Part shown: piece by piece, positions 30,328-40,042 of the stretch
How the letters are laid out: each line of letters opens with the position of its first letter
How positions within the stretch are numbered: position 1 is the stretch's first letter
NCBI GenBank assembly: GCA_963555995.3
Contig: OY821641.1
Coordinates: forward strand, 672,001-736,000
From: Vicinamibacteria bacterium
Lineage (GTDB): Bacteria > Acidobacteriota > Vicinamibacteria > Marinacidobacterales > Marinacidobacteraceae
DNA length: 64,000 nt
Reading direction: 5' to 3'
The notes under the pieces: generated by a model
What the model was told of the DNA's origin: nothing
The model's input: only the letters and a program-made list of their open reading frames with translations
Databases searched by the model: none
Translations under genes and position numbers: made by a program

Positions 30328-30604
30328 GGGGAAGTCCTCCACCATGCACAGACGAGAATCGGCGAATTTTTTCCCACCTGGCGGCCAATTGCGGAAAAGT
30401 CGAAGCGAAGCGGCATACGCCCACGCCTTGGAACGGCGGTCTCCAGACCGGCACCGCGGCGCTCCGCGCCGCGCCCGTCGCAACCCCGCCCGCTCCCCCG
30501 GCCCCGCCGGCCCGGACCGCCGGTCTCCAGACCGGCGTTCCAAGCCGTACGCGCTGCCGGCCGGGCCGTGGGTCCGGGGCCGTCAAGGGTAGAGGCCGAA
30601 GGCC

Positions 30605-30787
30605 ATGAGTCTGGAGATCATTGCCATCGTCGCCGTCGGGGTGTCCCTCGCTGCACTCATCGTCACGGGCCAGCGAGCGGTCCGAACCGATCTCCATGAC
30701 CTCGCGCAGTGTGTCGCCCGCATTGAAGGGGCGCTTCCTTTCCTGACGCCGCCCGCGGGCGGGGGGCAGCGGCCCCGCACCGACTGA
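30605..30787 (+). CDS. Small TM + short coiled-coil protein
   Basis: MSLEIIAIVAVGVSLAALIV...VARIEG. Confidence 0.6.
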   Translation: MSLEIIAIVAVGVSLAALIVTGQRAVRTDLHDLAQCVARIEGALPFLTPPAGGGQRPRTD

Positions 30788-30798
30788 ACGAAGAGTCG

Positions 30799-30950
30799 TT
30801 ATCGAAAGCGGATCCGCTCCCGGTCCAACCCCGGCAGTTCCGGCGCGAACACCGTGTCGAGGATCGGCTTGTCGTACTTGTCCACCAGCAGCGCCACCCG
30901 CCGGCCGGTTCCCTCATGAAGCAAATCCAGGATGCGAAACAGCCGTTCGG
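30799..30950 (-). pseudogene. Remnant of an AAA-ATPase-like/PD-(D/E)XK family gene
   Basis: Own translation: ERLFRILDLLHEGTGRRVALLVDKYDKPILDTVFAPELPGLDRERIR; degenerate DEYDKP motif joined to a more downstream motif. Confidence 0.6.
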
Positions 30951-31056
30951 GCGCGGGTTCGTGGCCGGTGCGGAAGCGTTCGGTCGGCAGAAGTGCTCTC
31001 TCGCGCCTGTCCTACAATGCCGGCGCACCGACAGCGAACGGAGACACCCAGCGAAC

Positions 31057-32244
31057 ATGAGAACCGTCCACAGCGTCCGACTCCAGGGATTTCTTTCCTA
31101 TGCCCCCGGCTCGGCGGAACTCGAACTGACGCCGCTCAACGTGTTGATCGGACCGAACGCCTCCGGGAAGTCGAATCTCATCGAGGCGTTCGAACTGCTC
31201 CGCTCCACTCCGACGGACTTTGCGACGGCGATCCGCGACGGCGGCGGCCCCCGCGAATGGATCTGGAAAGGGGAGCCTCCGACCGGCTCCGCCGTCATCG
31301 AGGTACGGTTGGCGAAGGAGCGTCCAGAGTGGGACCCGCTCCGGTACCGGCTCGAGTTTTCCACGGTCGAGAACCGGGTCGAGGTGCTGGACGAGCGCAT
31401 CGAGGAGAGCCGGCCCCTGCCCGGAAAGCCGGACGTCTTCTTCTACTACCGGTTCCAGCATGGACACCCGGCCATCAACGTTCGGCAAACCGAGACCGAC
31501 AGCGGCCGGGTGGAACGGCGATTGCGGCGCGAGGACTTCCGCTCCGACCAGTCGGTGCTCTCCCAGCGCAAGGACCCGGAGCTGTACCCGGAGGTGACCT
31601 CGGTCGGAAAGCGGTTCGGCGAGATCCAGCTCTTCCGCGAATGGACCTTCGGGCGTTTCGTCAATCTGAGGAAACCGCAACCGGCGGACCTGCCGGGTGA
31701 CCGCCTGCTTCCCGATGCCTCCAACCTCGCGCTGGTCCTGAACGAGATCGAGCATCGGGACGGGGCGTCCTTCAACGAGCAGTTGCGTCGGTTCTTCCCT
31801 CGTTTCCAGCGTATGTCCACCCGGGTGATGGGAGGAACCGTCCAGTTCTACCTGCATGAGTCGGATGTGGACGCCCCGATTCCGGCAACCCGGCTCTCCG
31901 ACGGGACCATCCGCTTCATCGCGATCCTGGCCACCCTGTTCGCACCTTCGCCGCCGCCCCTCGTCTGCATCGAGGAACCCGAACTCGGGCTGCACCCGGA
32001 CGCGGTCGCCCAGGCCGGCGGCCTGCTGATCGAGGCGTCGCATCGAATGCAGTTGATCGTGACGACGCACTCGGAGTCCCTGGTCTCGGCCCTGACCGAC
32101 TGCCCCGACGCGGTCATCGCCTGTGAGCGGCCCGGCCCGGCCACCACCCTGCACCGCCTGGACCCCGCCCACCTCAAGCCCTGGCTCGAAGAGGGCCGTC
32201 TTGGGGACCTCTGGGGGACAGGAGTGCTCGGCGCGAACCCCTGA
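31057..32244 (+). CDS. ABC-type/AAA_21 ATPase
   Basis: GPNASGKSN, LSDGT, IEEPELGLHP, TTHS. Confidence 0.9.
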   Translation: MRTVHSVRLQGFLSYAPGSAELELTPLNVLIGPNASGKSNLIEAFELLRSTPTDFATAIRDGGGPREWIWKGEPPTGSAVIEVRLAKERPEWDPLRYRLEFSTVENRVEVLDERIEESRPLPGKPDVFFYYRFQHGHPAINVRQTETDSGRVERRLRREDFRSDQSVLSQRKDPELYPEVTSVGKRFGEIQLFREWTFGRFVNLRKPQPADLPGDRLLPDASNLALVLNEIEHRDGASFNEQLRRFFPRFQRMSTRVMGGTVQFYLHESDVDAPIPATRLSDGTIRFIAILATLFAPSPPPLVCIEEPELGLHPDAVAQAGGLLIEASHRMQLIVTTHSESLVSALTDCPDAVIACERPGPATTLHRLDPAHLKPWLEEGRLGDLWGTGVLGANP

Positions 32245-32245
32245 C

Positions 32246-32857
32246 ATGGCCGGCATCGCCATCTACCTGGAGGGCGGCGGCGACGGGGCCAGGACCAAGC
32301 GGAGTCTTCGTCGCGGGATGGACCGTTTCCTCTCGCCTCTCAAGGAAGCGGCCCGGACCCGGCGAATGCACTGGCGCCTCGGCGCGTGCGGCAGCCGCGA
32401 GAACGCGTTCTCGCGATGGAGCCAGGACCCCGAAGACACCCGCTATCCCGTTCGCATTCTCCTGGTGGATGCCGAGGATCCGGTTCAGGGGTCGGCGGCG
32501 GACCATCTCCGGCGGCGAGAGGGTTGGAAGTTCGGCGTTCACCAGGATCACAAGGTGCATCTCATGGCCCAGACCATGGAAACCTGGCTCGTCGCCGATC
32601 CGGCTGGCCTTGAGGCGTACTACGGAGCACGGTTCCACCGGGCGGCCCTCCCGGTCACGCCGGACCTGGAATCCGTCCCCAGGAAACAAATGGAGGATGC
32701 GCTCGAGAGAGCTACCGCCCGAACGCAGAAGGGCGGCTACCACAAGACCCGGCACGCTCCACATCTTCTTGAGCGGATCGCGTCCGAACGGGTTCGTCAC
32801 CGCTGCGGGATGTGCGACCGTCTCTTCGCGGAGGTCGGCAAGCTCATCCGGGGGTGA
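32246..32857 (+). CDS. DUF4276-family TOPRIM-like protein
   Basis: IYLEGGG, LLVDAE, METWLVAD, YHKTRH; starts 1 nt after the ATPase stop. Confidence 0.85.
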   Translation: MAGIAIYLEGGGDGARTKRSLRRGMDRFLSPLKEAARTRRMHWRLGACGSRENAFSRWSQDPEDTRYPVRILLVDAEDPVQGSAADHLRRREGWKFGVHQDHKVHLMAQTMETWLVADPAGLEAYYGARFHRAALPVTPDLESVPRKQMEDALERATARTQKGGYHKTRHAPHLLERIASERVRHRCGMCDRLFAEVGKLIRG

Positions 32858-33119
32858 AGCCCCGCCGCGGGGATTGGCTGGGGCTCCGGCGCGGGGGTTC
32901 GGGGGGCCGATTTCGGGGCCGTGATCCGGCGGCGGGTGTGTATACAATGGGAGGTCCTGCGGGAGACGGGGGCGCCGGTCGCGCCCCGCGGACCTCCCCC
33001 GAGCTTGCCGCCGTTGCGGTAGAAGTCCGCGCGTGATGTGTGGTAGGCTGTCGAAAGTGTTATGTCCGACAGTTCAAGCATTCCTTGAACTTCCAACACC
33101 GCACCGGGAGGTAGGTGAC

Positions 33120-35369
33120 ATGAAGTCGTTCACTGGCAAGTTCTCGTCCGCTCGCGGATGGGCTCTCTTGCTTGCGTTGTTCCTCGGCGCCGGCATGTTC
33201 GTCGCGGCCTGCGGGGACGAAGAGGCGCCAACCCCGACAACCCCGACGCCTGCTCCGGCGCCAGCCCCGGCCCCGGCCCCGCCGCCGGAGCCGGAGCCGA
33301 CCGGCCCTGCCGTCCCGGCGAACCTCCGGGTGTCGGATTCGACTTCCAACTCCATCACCTGGAGCTGGGACGCGGTGGAAGATGTGATCGGCTACCAAGG
33401 CCAGTTCAGCCCCGACGCCACCTTCACGGACACCGACCAGACGTTCCTCGTCGTCGCCCCGATGACCTCCCACACGATCTCGAATCTGCCGAGCAACACG
33501 ACGGGCCACTTCCGGGTCCGGTCGGGTGCGGGAACGTCGCTCACCGACCTGACCTATAGCGACTGGGCCGAGGCGGTTTCCGGCAGCACCGGCGACCCGC
33601 CGCCGGCCGTCGCGATCTCCGCGCCGACCGGCATCAGCACCGGCGACGCGCAGAAGGACTCCATCACGGTCACCTGGGATGAGGTGGACGACGCCGACAC
33701 CTACGAGGTCCAGCAGCGCGCGGCCGACGGCGAATGGACCGCCGCTTCCTGCGGGGACAGCGGCAGCAACGTGGTGAGCACGGAACGGTGCGTCGCCACC
33801 GGACTGACCGCCGGCACCGGCTACAACTTCCGCGTCCGCGCGGTCCCCGCCACCGACGCCACCGACAAGACGACGAGCGCCTGGGCCTCGACCGCCAGTT
33901 CCCTCTCCACGACCGGCAGCGCGCCCAGCGATCCGTCCTCGGGGGGGATGGGCGATCTGAACGTCCGCTGGCAGACCTCCGGAACGAACAACACCCACAT
34001 CCTGTTCATCTGGGACCAGGGAGAGGACTCGACCACTTACGAGACGGCTCTGCTGGAAACGTACAGCCACGCCGACGATCCCTGCCCGACCACTGGTTAC
34101 GGGGACAAGTTCTCGGCGACATCTCAGGAGGTTGAGCTCACGGCTCCCGGGTCTGTGCGTGGGTTGTGCGTGCGGAAGAAGGGCAGTTCGGATGCGTCCT
34201 TTGCCTGGGGCATAAATCCGCCGGAGGAGCCCAATGTCGTCGTCAGCTACCAGACGCCGGTCACGCCGGTCGTGGATTCGAAGAACAAGACCACGGAACT
34301 CGTCTGGGATGGTCTGTATTTCAAGACGGACTTCGACTACGAGATTCGCCTGGCTTCCGATCCGCTCCTGCCGGCGCGCGACAACAAATTCGGTAGCGGC
34401 ACGAAGCCAACCGACAGTGCTGTCCAGAGCGCCTGCGACGCCGGTATGGTCGTCAACGACTACACCCCGGACGCAAATCGGGGTCCCCTCTCCGAGACCG
34501 TGGACCGCGGACTGACGCCCAACACGGGATACCTGCTCTGCGTACGCGCATCGAACTCCGCCGGCACAACGACTTGGGCCGTATCAGCCGTGGACGACGA
34601 CAGTGACACAGCCTACAGCTCAGGGGATGTGCGAGAGACATTCACCCGACCTGCGGCGCCGCCGAACCCGAAAATGACCGGCGCCACGAGCACCCCAGCC
34701 ACCAGCGCCGCCAACGAAAAGCTGGCGCCCGCATGGGAAATCAGGACTCGCGACGCGCATGAAGTCCCGCGAAATGTCGTTGACTACAATCTCTCGGTCT
34801 TGTACGCCAGTGCAGCCAGCGCCAAGTCACTGACCGCCGCGGCCTGTAGCACCGACACGCCTCCGGCGGACTACGGAATCATCACAAGGTCCAATCTGGA
34901 CCCCAAGGACCTGGTTGATGTCTTCACCGCTACCGTTAGCGCCGACGATGCTGTCGAGCGCGACAACTACGCCCGGAGGGTGTATCTCTGCGCGCAGGCC
35001 AAGAACGGCACTACCAACGGCCAAGGGGTGGGATCGTGGACCATCAGTTCCGCGTACACGGTTTCGAAGCCGGCTGGGCTTTCCGCGTCCGTCAGCTTCA
35101 CGAAAACCAAGAATACCGGAGACCCGGTTACCTATGACGTGGATGCCGAGATCACCATCAAGAATTGGAACAAGCCTTGGAGCTATATCCTGGACGACCA
35201 CGACGGCAATGCAGATTCGTGCACCCCAGACCAAACCGGAGCAACTCAAACGCTTGACTGGGACGGTCTCGCGCTGAGTGCAAAACGCACCTTGCAGATC
35301 TTTGCCAGCCGTGACTGCGCCGAAGGTACGCGTCTGACAACGCAGGCCTACACGAATCCGAGTAGCTGA
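33120..35369 (+). CDS. Fibronectin type III repeat surface lipoprotein 2
   Basis: Signal peptide almost identical to the 24975 gene; FN3 motifs; C-terminal half increasingly divergent. Confidence 0.9.
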   Translation: MKSFTGKFSSARGWALLLALFLGAGMFVAACGDEEAPTPTTPTPAPAPAPAPAPPPEPEPTGPAVPANLRVSDSTSNSITWSWDAVEDVIGYQGQFSPDATFTDTDQTFLVVAPMTSHTISNLPSNTTGHFRVRSGAGTSLTDLTYSDWAEAVSGSTGDPPPAVAISAPTGISTGDAQKDSITVTWDEVDDADTYEVQQRAADGEWTAASCGDSGSNVVSTERCVATGLTAGTGYNFRVRAVPATDATDKTTSAWASTASSLSTTGSAPSDPSSGGMGDLNVRWQTSGTNNTHILFIWDQGEDSTTYETALLETYSHADDPCPTTGYGDKFSATSQEVELTAPGSVRGLCVRKKGSSDASFAWGINPPEEPNVVVSYQTPVTPVVDSKNKTTELVWDGLYFKTDFDYEIRLASDPLLPARDNKFGSGTKPTDSAVQSACDAGMVVNDYTPDANRGPLSETVDRGLTPNTGYLLCVRASNSAGTTTWAVSAVDDDSDTAYSSGDVRETFTRPAAPPNPKMTGATSTPATSAANEKLAPAWEIRTRDAHEVPRNVVDYNLSVLYASAASAKSLTAAACSTDTPPADYGIITRSNLDPKDLVDVFTATVSADDAVERDNYARRVYLCAQAKNGTTNGQGVGSWTISSAYTVSKPAGLSASVSFTKTKNTGDPVTYDVDAEITIKNWNKPWSYILDDHDGNADSCTPDQTGATQTLDWDGLALSAKRTLQIFASRDCAEGTRLTTQAYTNPSS

Positions 35370-35385
35370 CCAACATCGCATCCTC

Positions 35386-35418
35386 GGCGGGGGCGGCTCA
35401 AGCCGCCCCCGCCTTTTT
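35386..35418 (+). terminator. Intrinsic terminator
   Basis: ggcgggggcggct-ca-agccgcccccgcc-ttttt. Confidence 0.9.
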
Positions 35419-35900
35419 CGTATCCCCCATCCGCCGCAACTCCACCCCAGCTCCCATCCCTACCACCCCACCGCAACCCCACCCGCTTGGAACGCCGGTC
35501 TCCAGACCGGCGTTCCAAGCCGTACGCGCCGCCTCGCGGGCCGCCGGTCAGGGGCCGCCGGTCATCCGCGTCCGAGCCATGGTCAAGAGCTCCGGTCCAT
35601 CCGCCCCGAGCTCCGGTCCATCCCTCCCGGACTCCGCGGTCGCCACCGCCCCGGCTCCCGTCGTGACCACCCCGGCCTTTTTCGTATCCCCGATCGGCAA
35701 GCGCCGCAAAACGTTGCACCGACCGGTCAGGCGCTTTCGATTCCGAACCTGACGTTGCGGTCCCCGCGCCAGCCGCGTCGGCGTCCGCGGGCGGACGCCG
35801 AGAGCTTGGCTTTGCGACCCAACGCGGCCCGGACCGATTCCCCCTCCCCACGTCACCCGTTCCGGCCATCGCTCCCGGCCGGTTCGGGTAAGGTGTCCGC

Positions 35901-36023
35901 ATGACGCGGCACCGGCTGCCCATCGGCATCGAGACGTTCCGGGAGATCCGGGAGACGGACTCCTGCTCCGTGGACAAGACCCCCTGGATCGGGCGGCCGA
36001 CGAACCGTAGAGGCAGGTGTTGA
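35901..36023 (+). pseudogene. N-terminal remnant of an AAA-ATPase-like/PD-(D/E)XK family gene
   Basis: Own translation: MTRHRLPIGIETFREIRETDSCSVDKTPWI, matching the family start LPIGIQxFxxIR...YVDKT. Confidence 0.65.
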
Positions 36024-36024
36024 C

Positions 36025-37044
36025 GTGCCGCAGGGGGAAGTCATCGGATGGATGGCGGTATGCGCCATCGGGATTACGTTCGTCGTCACGCTGTTGGCGC
36101 TGATCGGCGTCCTGAAGATCGGAGCCGGGTATCTCAAGGCGTTGTATGGCCTGGTGGTGGTCGAACTCGTGGGCGCGGGGTTCTTCCTCTTCCGGATGAC
36201 GTTCGAGCCGCCGGTTCCCGGCTTCGAACCGGACCTGCCCCCGGTCGTCTATCTGTTCGACGCCGCGGGGGAACCGCTCCCGGGCGCCGTGCTGCGGTCG
36301 GGAGAGGAGGTCCACCGCCAGTTTCCGAGAATGGAAGACGCCGCGCTGGCCACGGTGACGAGGCGGTTGCAGCCCGTCGGCGACCGCGGGGTGGCGGTCA
36401 CCTCGGAAACCGGGGCCGTCCTCGGGAGGGTTTCCACCGCGCCTCCCGAGGTGCGGGAACGGTTGCGCCCCTTCCGGGAAGAGTTCGCGCTCGGCATGTA
36501 CTACGCGGAATGCAGCGCCCTCGAGCCCGACGGCCAGTGTGCGGGCCGGCGCGACGGCGCGGGATCGGTCCGCCACCTGCTGGACGCGCTCGGCAAGCTG
36601 GAGGGTGGCGGAGAGGAGCGGGAGCGGGCCGTGCGGCAGTTGTTCTTCGTGCTGGACTACTTCTCCCGGTGCGAGCACTTTCAGCAGTACGTCGGCGAAG
36701 TGGAGGCCGTCCGGCCGCCGCCGGCGCAGTATCACGAACTTGCCGAAGCCTACGGAGAGTTCGCGCGCCGGACGGCGCGTCGGGGGAGCGAGGTCGCGAA
36801 CGCCCGCACGGCGGCCCTGAAGTACTACCTGGCCTACCTGGTGGAGACCGGGGACGGCAGCGAAAACCCCCTGGTCGAGCCGTCGCGAAGCGCCGCTCTC
36901 TCCCTCGTCACGATCCTGGCGTACGGAGACACTTCCCTCCAGTCCCGCCGGGACGAGATCGAGGAGTCCCTCGCCGCCCTTGACCGGGAGACGCTGGGAA
37001 TCCACGCCGCCGCACTCCGGGCCGAGCCCATTACCTGCCGCTGA
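36025..37044 (+). CDS. Hypothetical protein, two N-terminal TM helices plus a helical domain
   Basis: 339-aa ORF with coding-like codon usage; two hydrophobic N-terminal segments; start uncertain. Confidence 0.7.
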   Translation: MPQGEVIGWMAVCAIGITFVVTLLALIGVLKIGAGYLKALYGLVVVELVGAGFFLFRMTFEPPVPGFEPDLPPVVYLFDAAGEPLPGAVLRSGEEVHRQFPRMEDAALATVTRRLQPVGDRGVAVTSETGAVLGRVSTAPPEVRERLRPFREEFALGMYYAECSALEPDGQCAGRRDGAGSVRHLLDALGKLEGGGEERERAVRQLFFVLDYFSRCEHFQQYVGEVEAVRPPPAQYHELAEAYGEFARRTARRGSEVANARTAALKYYLAYLVETGDGSENPLVEPSRSAALSLVTILAYGDTSLQSRRDEIEESLAALDRETLGIHAAALRAEPITCR

Positions 37045-37114
37045 ACGGTCCCGTCGCCCCGCCCTGGCGTGCGCGACACCCGCCCCGGCGAGCCGGCAAC
37101 CGGTGCCCATCGCC

Positions 37115-37275
37115 CTGGAGCGCCGGCTTCCGCCGGCACCCGCTGCGCGGAGCGCATTGGACGCACGACTCTGCCCCGCGCGATGGCGTTCGACTCGAGG
37201 TCCATCACCGCGAACAGCGGCACGACATCCGCGGGCCTTCGGCCCACGGTGCCGGCTGAAGCCGGCGCTCCGGGC
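37115..37275. repeat. REPIN variant
   Basis: ggagcgccggcttccgccggcac ... gtgccggctgaagccggcgctcc with the family spacer (gaacagcggcacgacatccgcgggccttcggccc). Confidence 0.85.
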
Positions 37276-37354
37276 CGGCGGCGCCAACGGCGCTGGTTGA
37301 CGTTCGCCCAGACGGCATTCTCACGGCAACTGGCCGGCGCCCCGGCGCCGCGGG

Positions 37355-37575
37355 TCAGAGGCTCGGCAGGGGACCGTGGTGGATCTGGAGGAACGTCTCG
37401 ATGCGGGTCACCCGCTCGGTCAGCTTCCCGATCTCCTCACGCAGTTCGGTGATCTCCCCGCGCACCGCGGCGATTTCCCCGCGCATCTCCGTCCGCAGCC
37501 CGGCGATCTCGTCGTGCATCTGCTGCTGCATGTCCAGCAACTGACCGCTGATCGCCGCGAACGCGACCGCCCCCG
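37355..37575 (-). pseudogene. 5'-truncated member of the 27-30 kb TM + coiled-coil family
   Basis: AVAFAAISGQLLDMQ...EEIGKLTERVTRIETFL; lacks the N-terminus and most of the TM. Confidence 0.65.
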
Positions 37576-37771
37576 CCGTTTCATGACCGGCGGCGTGCGC
37601 GGGAGGACAGGCACCTGAGGGGCCTCCCGGTGGGGGCCGCGCGGGAGCGCTCGCGCGGCGTCGAGCCGAGACTCCATCGGGCGAGACTCGTCCCGCCCCG
37701 GCGGTCGCCGTCGCCCCGATAGTCCCAGTCCGCCGTTACACGGTCTCAGTCACGCAATCGGAAGGAACCGC

Positions 37772-38641
37772 ATGAGTTCAGCACAGACCGACGGCCCCGT
37801 GTGCGTCGCCGTCATCAACCTCAAGGGCGGCGTCGGCAAAACGACCCTGACGGCGCTCCTGGGAGGTTATGCCGCCGCACGGCTTGGGCTCGAGGTCCTC
37901 GCCGTTGACCTGGATCCGCAGGCGAACCTGTCCCAGGCGTACATGCGGGACACGTATCGGCAGTTCCTCCAATCGCAGGATCCGTCGGTTGTTGAGGTGT
38001 TTTCCGACATGCGCCCTCCAGGGGCGGGCAGACCTCCGAGCCGGCTTCGGATCGAGGACGCGGTGGTCGGCATCGGCAGGTACAGAAGGGGAGGGCGCCT
38101 CGATCTCATCCCCTCCCGGTTTGATTTTTCGAACCACCTGACGAAATCACTGAAGCCCGACGAAACGAGGCTGGCCCGCTGCATCGCGGAGCACTTCCAG
38201 CACAAGGACCTGATTCTCATTGACTGTGCGCCTACGGAGTCGGTGTTCACGATGGCGGCGTACCATGCCTCCCGCCACGTGCTTGTCCCCGTGAAGCCCG
38301 AGTTCTTTGCGACGATCGGATTTCCCCTGCTGAAGCAGTCCCTGGACGCCTTCCGCAACGCAAACCGGGGCCACGCCATTGACGTCGTCGGAGTCGCAAT
38401 CAACAATTCGTTCTACGATGGCGGCAACCGCGGAGGATCGGAAAAGAAGAGGGCAATGCCCGAGATCAGAGAGGAGGCCGCGAAAAACGGTTGGGAACTG
38501 TTCCGCCACGAGATCGAGCACTCCCGGGGTTACCCGAAACTCATGCGGGGCGACTACAAATGGCGCGGCAACGCAGCGTACTTCTACGAGTTCGCGGACG
38601 AGTTCTCTGGACGGCTCGGCATGAAGCGAAGGGAGCGATGA
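37772..38641 (+). CDS. ParA/Soj-family ATPase
   Basis: Deviant Walker A KGGVGKTT, DLDPQANLS, LIDCAP. Confidence 0.92.
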   Translation: MSSAQTDGPVCVAVINLKGGVGKTTLTALLGGYAAARLGLEVLAVDLDPQANLSQAYMRDTYRQFLQSQDPSVVEVFSDMRPPGAGRPPSRLRIEDAVVGIGRYRRGGRLDLIPSRFDFSNHLTKSLKPDETRLARCIAEHFQHKDLILIDCAPTESVFTMAAYHASRHVLVPVKPEFFATIGFPLLKQSLDAFRNANRGHAIDVVGVAINNSFYDGGNRGGSEKKRAMPEIREEAAKNGWELFRHEIEHSRGYPKLMRGDYKWRGNAAYFYEFADEFSGRLGMKRRER

Positions 38642-38648
38642 GGAGCCG

Positions 38649-39194
38649 ATGAAGGCGACCGAACTTCGCGCCGCGCTCGGTTCCCTCGTCGAGGAGCACG
38701 GCTTTCGCAAGGTGTCCCGGCTCCTCCGGGAGTTGGAAGCGGAGGACGGCCGCCCCCAGGCGACGCGGAGGCGAACGGCCGGGGAACGCATCGCTCTGGC
38801 GGCCGGCGCGTCGCGCCGCACCCGCCGCCCGGACTCCGCCGGGCCTCGCCGCCCGCCGTCTGCGGCGGACGCCGTGGGCCGCCTGGAACTGACGCCCGTG
38901 CGGGCGCGGCTGCTGGCGCGCGTGGCGCGGGCCTTCGACGAGCGCGCCTTCCTCCCCACGCTCGGCGAGGTGCGGCGCTTCGCGGAGACCTACGGGATGG
39001 AGGCGCCGCGCGCCCATTCCCGCGCCGCCGCCATCCCCGGAGTTTTCCGGTTCCTCGCGACCATGGACCCGCCGGAATTGGAAAGGATTCTCGACGACGG
39101 GCTTTTCGCCGGCCCCACCCGTCTCGGCCCCATCGCGGACGCGATCCGCCGCCGGGCGCGGCAGCTCCGGGAAACCGGCCCGCCCCGTCCCTGA
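38649..39194 (+). CDS. Hypothetical basic protein, probable ParA partner
   Basis: AGGAG RBS, 7 nt after the ParA stop; truncated copy at 10875-11281. Confidence 0.75.
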   Translation: MKATELRAALGSLVEEHGFRKVSRLLRELEAEDGRPQATRRRTAGERIALAAGASRRTRRPDSAGPRRPPSAADAVGRLELTPVRARLLARVARAFDERAFLPTLGEVRRFAETYGMEAPRAHSRAAAIPGVFRFLATMDPPELERILDDGLFAGPTRLGPIADAIRRRARQLRETGPPRP

Positions 39195-39271
39195 ATGAGA
39201 ATCGCCGTCGCTCCGCTGCGGTGGTTCCTCTTGACAGCCTGTGGTGAAACCGCCGTGAGCACCGAGACGGG

Positions 39272-39612
39272 CGAGGCGCCCGGCTGACCCAGTTGCTGTG
39301 AAAATGCAGCCCCGGTGCGATGTCAACCAGCGCAAGTGGCGACGCCGGCCGGGAGCGCCGGTCTTCAGACCGGCACGCGCTGCGCGACCGCGCAGCGCAC
39401 GGCAGGACGCCGCCCCGCGTGATGGCGTTCGACTCCTGGTACATCATCGCAAAGAGCGGTACGACGTCCGCGGGCCTTCGGCCCGCTGTGCCGGTCTGAA
39501 GACCGGCGCTCCCAGCGGCGGTCCCAGCGGCGCTCCCAGCCGTCTCCGCCATTTTCATGCCCGGCGGGGTGTGCAGGAGGACCGCACATGACGGTTTGTC
39601 CCGGTGGGGGCG
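39272..39612. repeat. Extended REPIN subfamily B element
   Basis: REP doublet with conserved flanks cagttgctgtgaaaatgcag and ggaggaccgcacatgacggtt; copies at 43308-43692 and inverted at 61075-61345. Confidence 0.85.
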
Positions 39613-39644
39613 GCGCGTGAGGGAGGGCAAATAGCGGCACGAGG

Positions 39645-39800
39645 TCCGCGGTGCCCGCGAGCACCAGCAGGAACGGATGTCTTCCCCGGGCGAGTTGGCC
39701 GGCGTTGAGCAGCGCCCGCCCGACCTCGAGATCCAGCGTGTGGGCTTCGTCCACGATCACGAGCAGCGGCGCCTTCCGGGCGCGCGCGAGCACCAGGTCT
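39645..39800 (-). pseudogene. Internal remnant of a P-loop ATPase
   Basis: PLLVIVDEAHTLDLEVGRALLN...PFLLVLAGT (Walker B and sensor region) with no Walker A. Confidence 0.55.
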
Positions 39801-39854
39801 CCCAGCGGTGGTGGGCGGCCCGCTGCGCCAAGCCGAATGTGTAGAATAACGGGG

Positions 39855-40019
39855 ATGCCCCGCCCACGCCTGCGCAGCGACGCGGAGATCATCGCGGCGC
39901 TCCAGGAGCACCAGATGGTGACGCGGGCCGCGCGCGTCCTGGGGATCACTCGTGACGCGATCTACCGGCGCGCGCGGGTCTCGGCGGCTGTCGCGAGGGC
40001 AATCTACCGAAGCCGCTGA
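39855..40019 (+). CDS. Small Fis-type HTH protein (54 aa)
   Basis: IIAALQEHQMVTRAARVLGITRDAIYRR; TAGAAT just upstream. Confidence 0.6.
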   Translation: MPRPRLRSDAEIIAALQEHQMVTRAARVLGITRDAIYRRARVSAAVARAIYRSR

Positions 40020-40042
40020 CCCTACCCAAAGGACCGCCAGTC

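Noticed and set aside
37772-38641. Chromosomal or plasmid partition locus / origin
   Set aside because: No parB, parS or rep gene nearby
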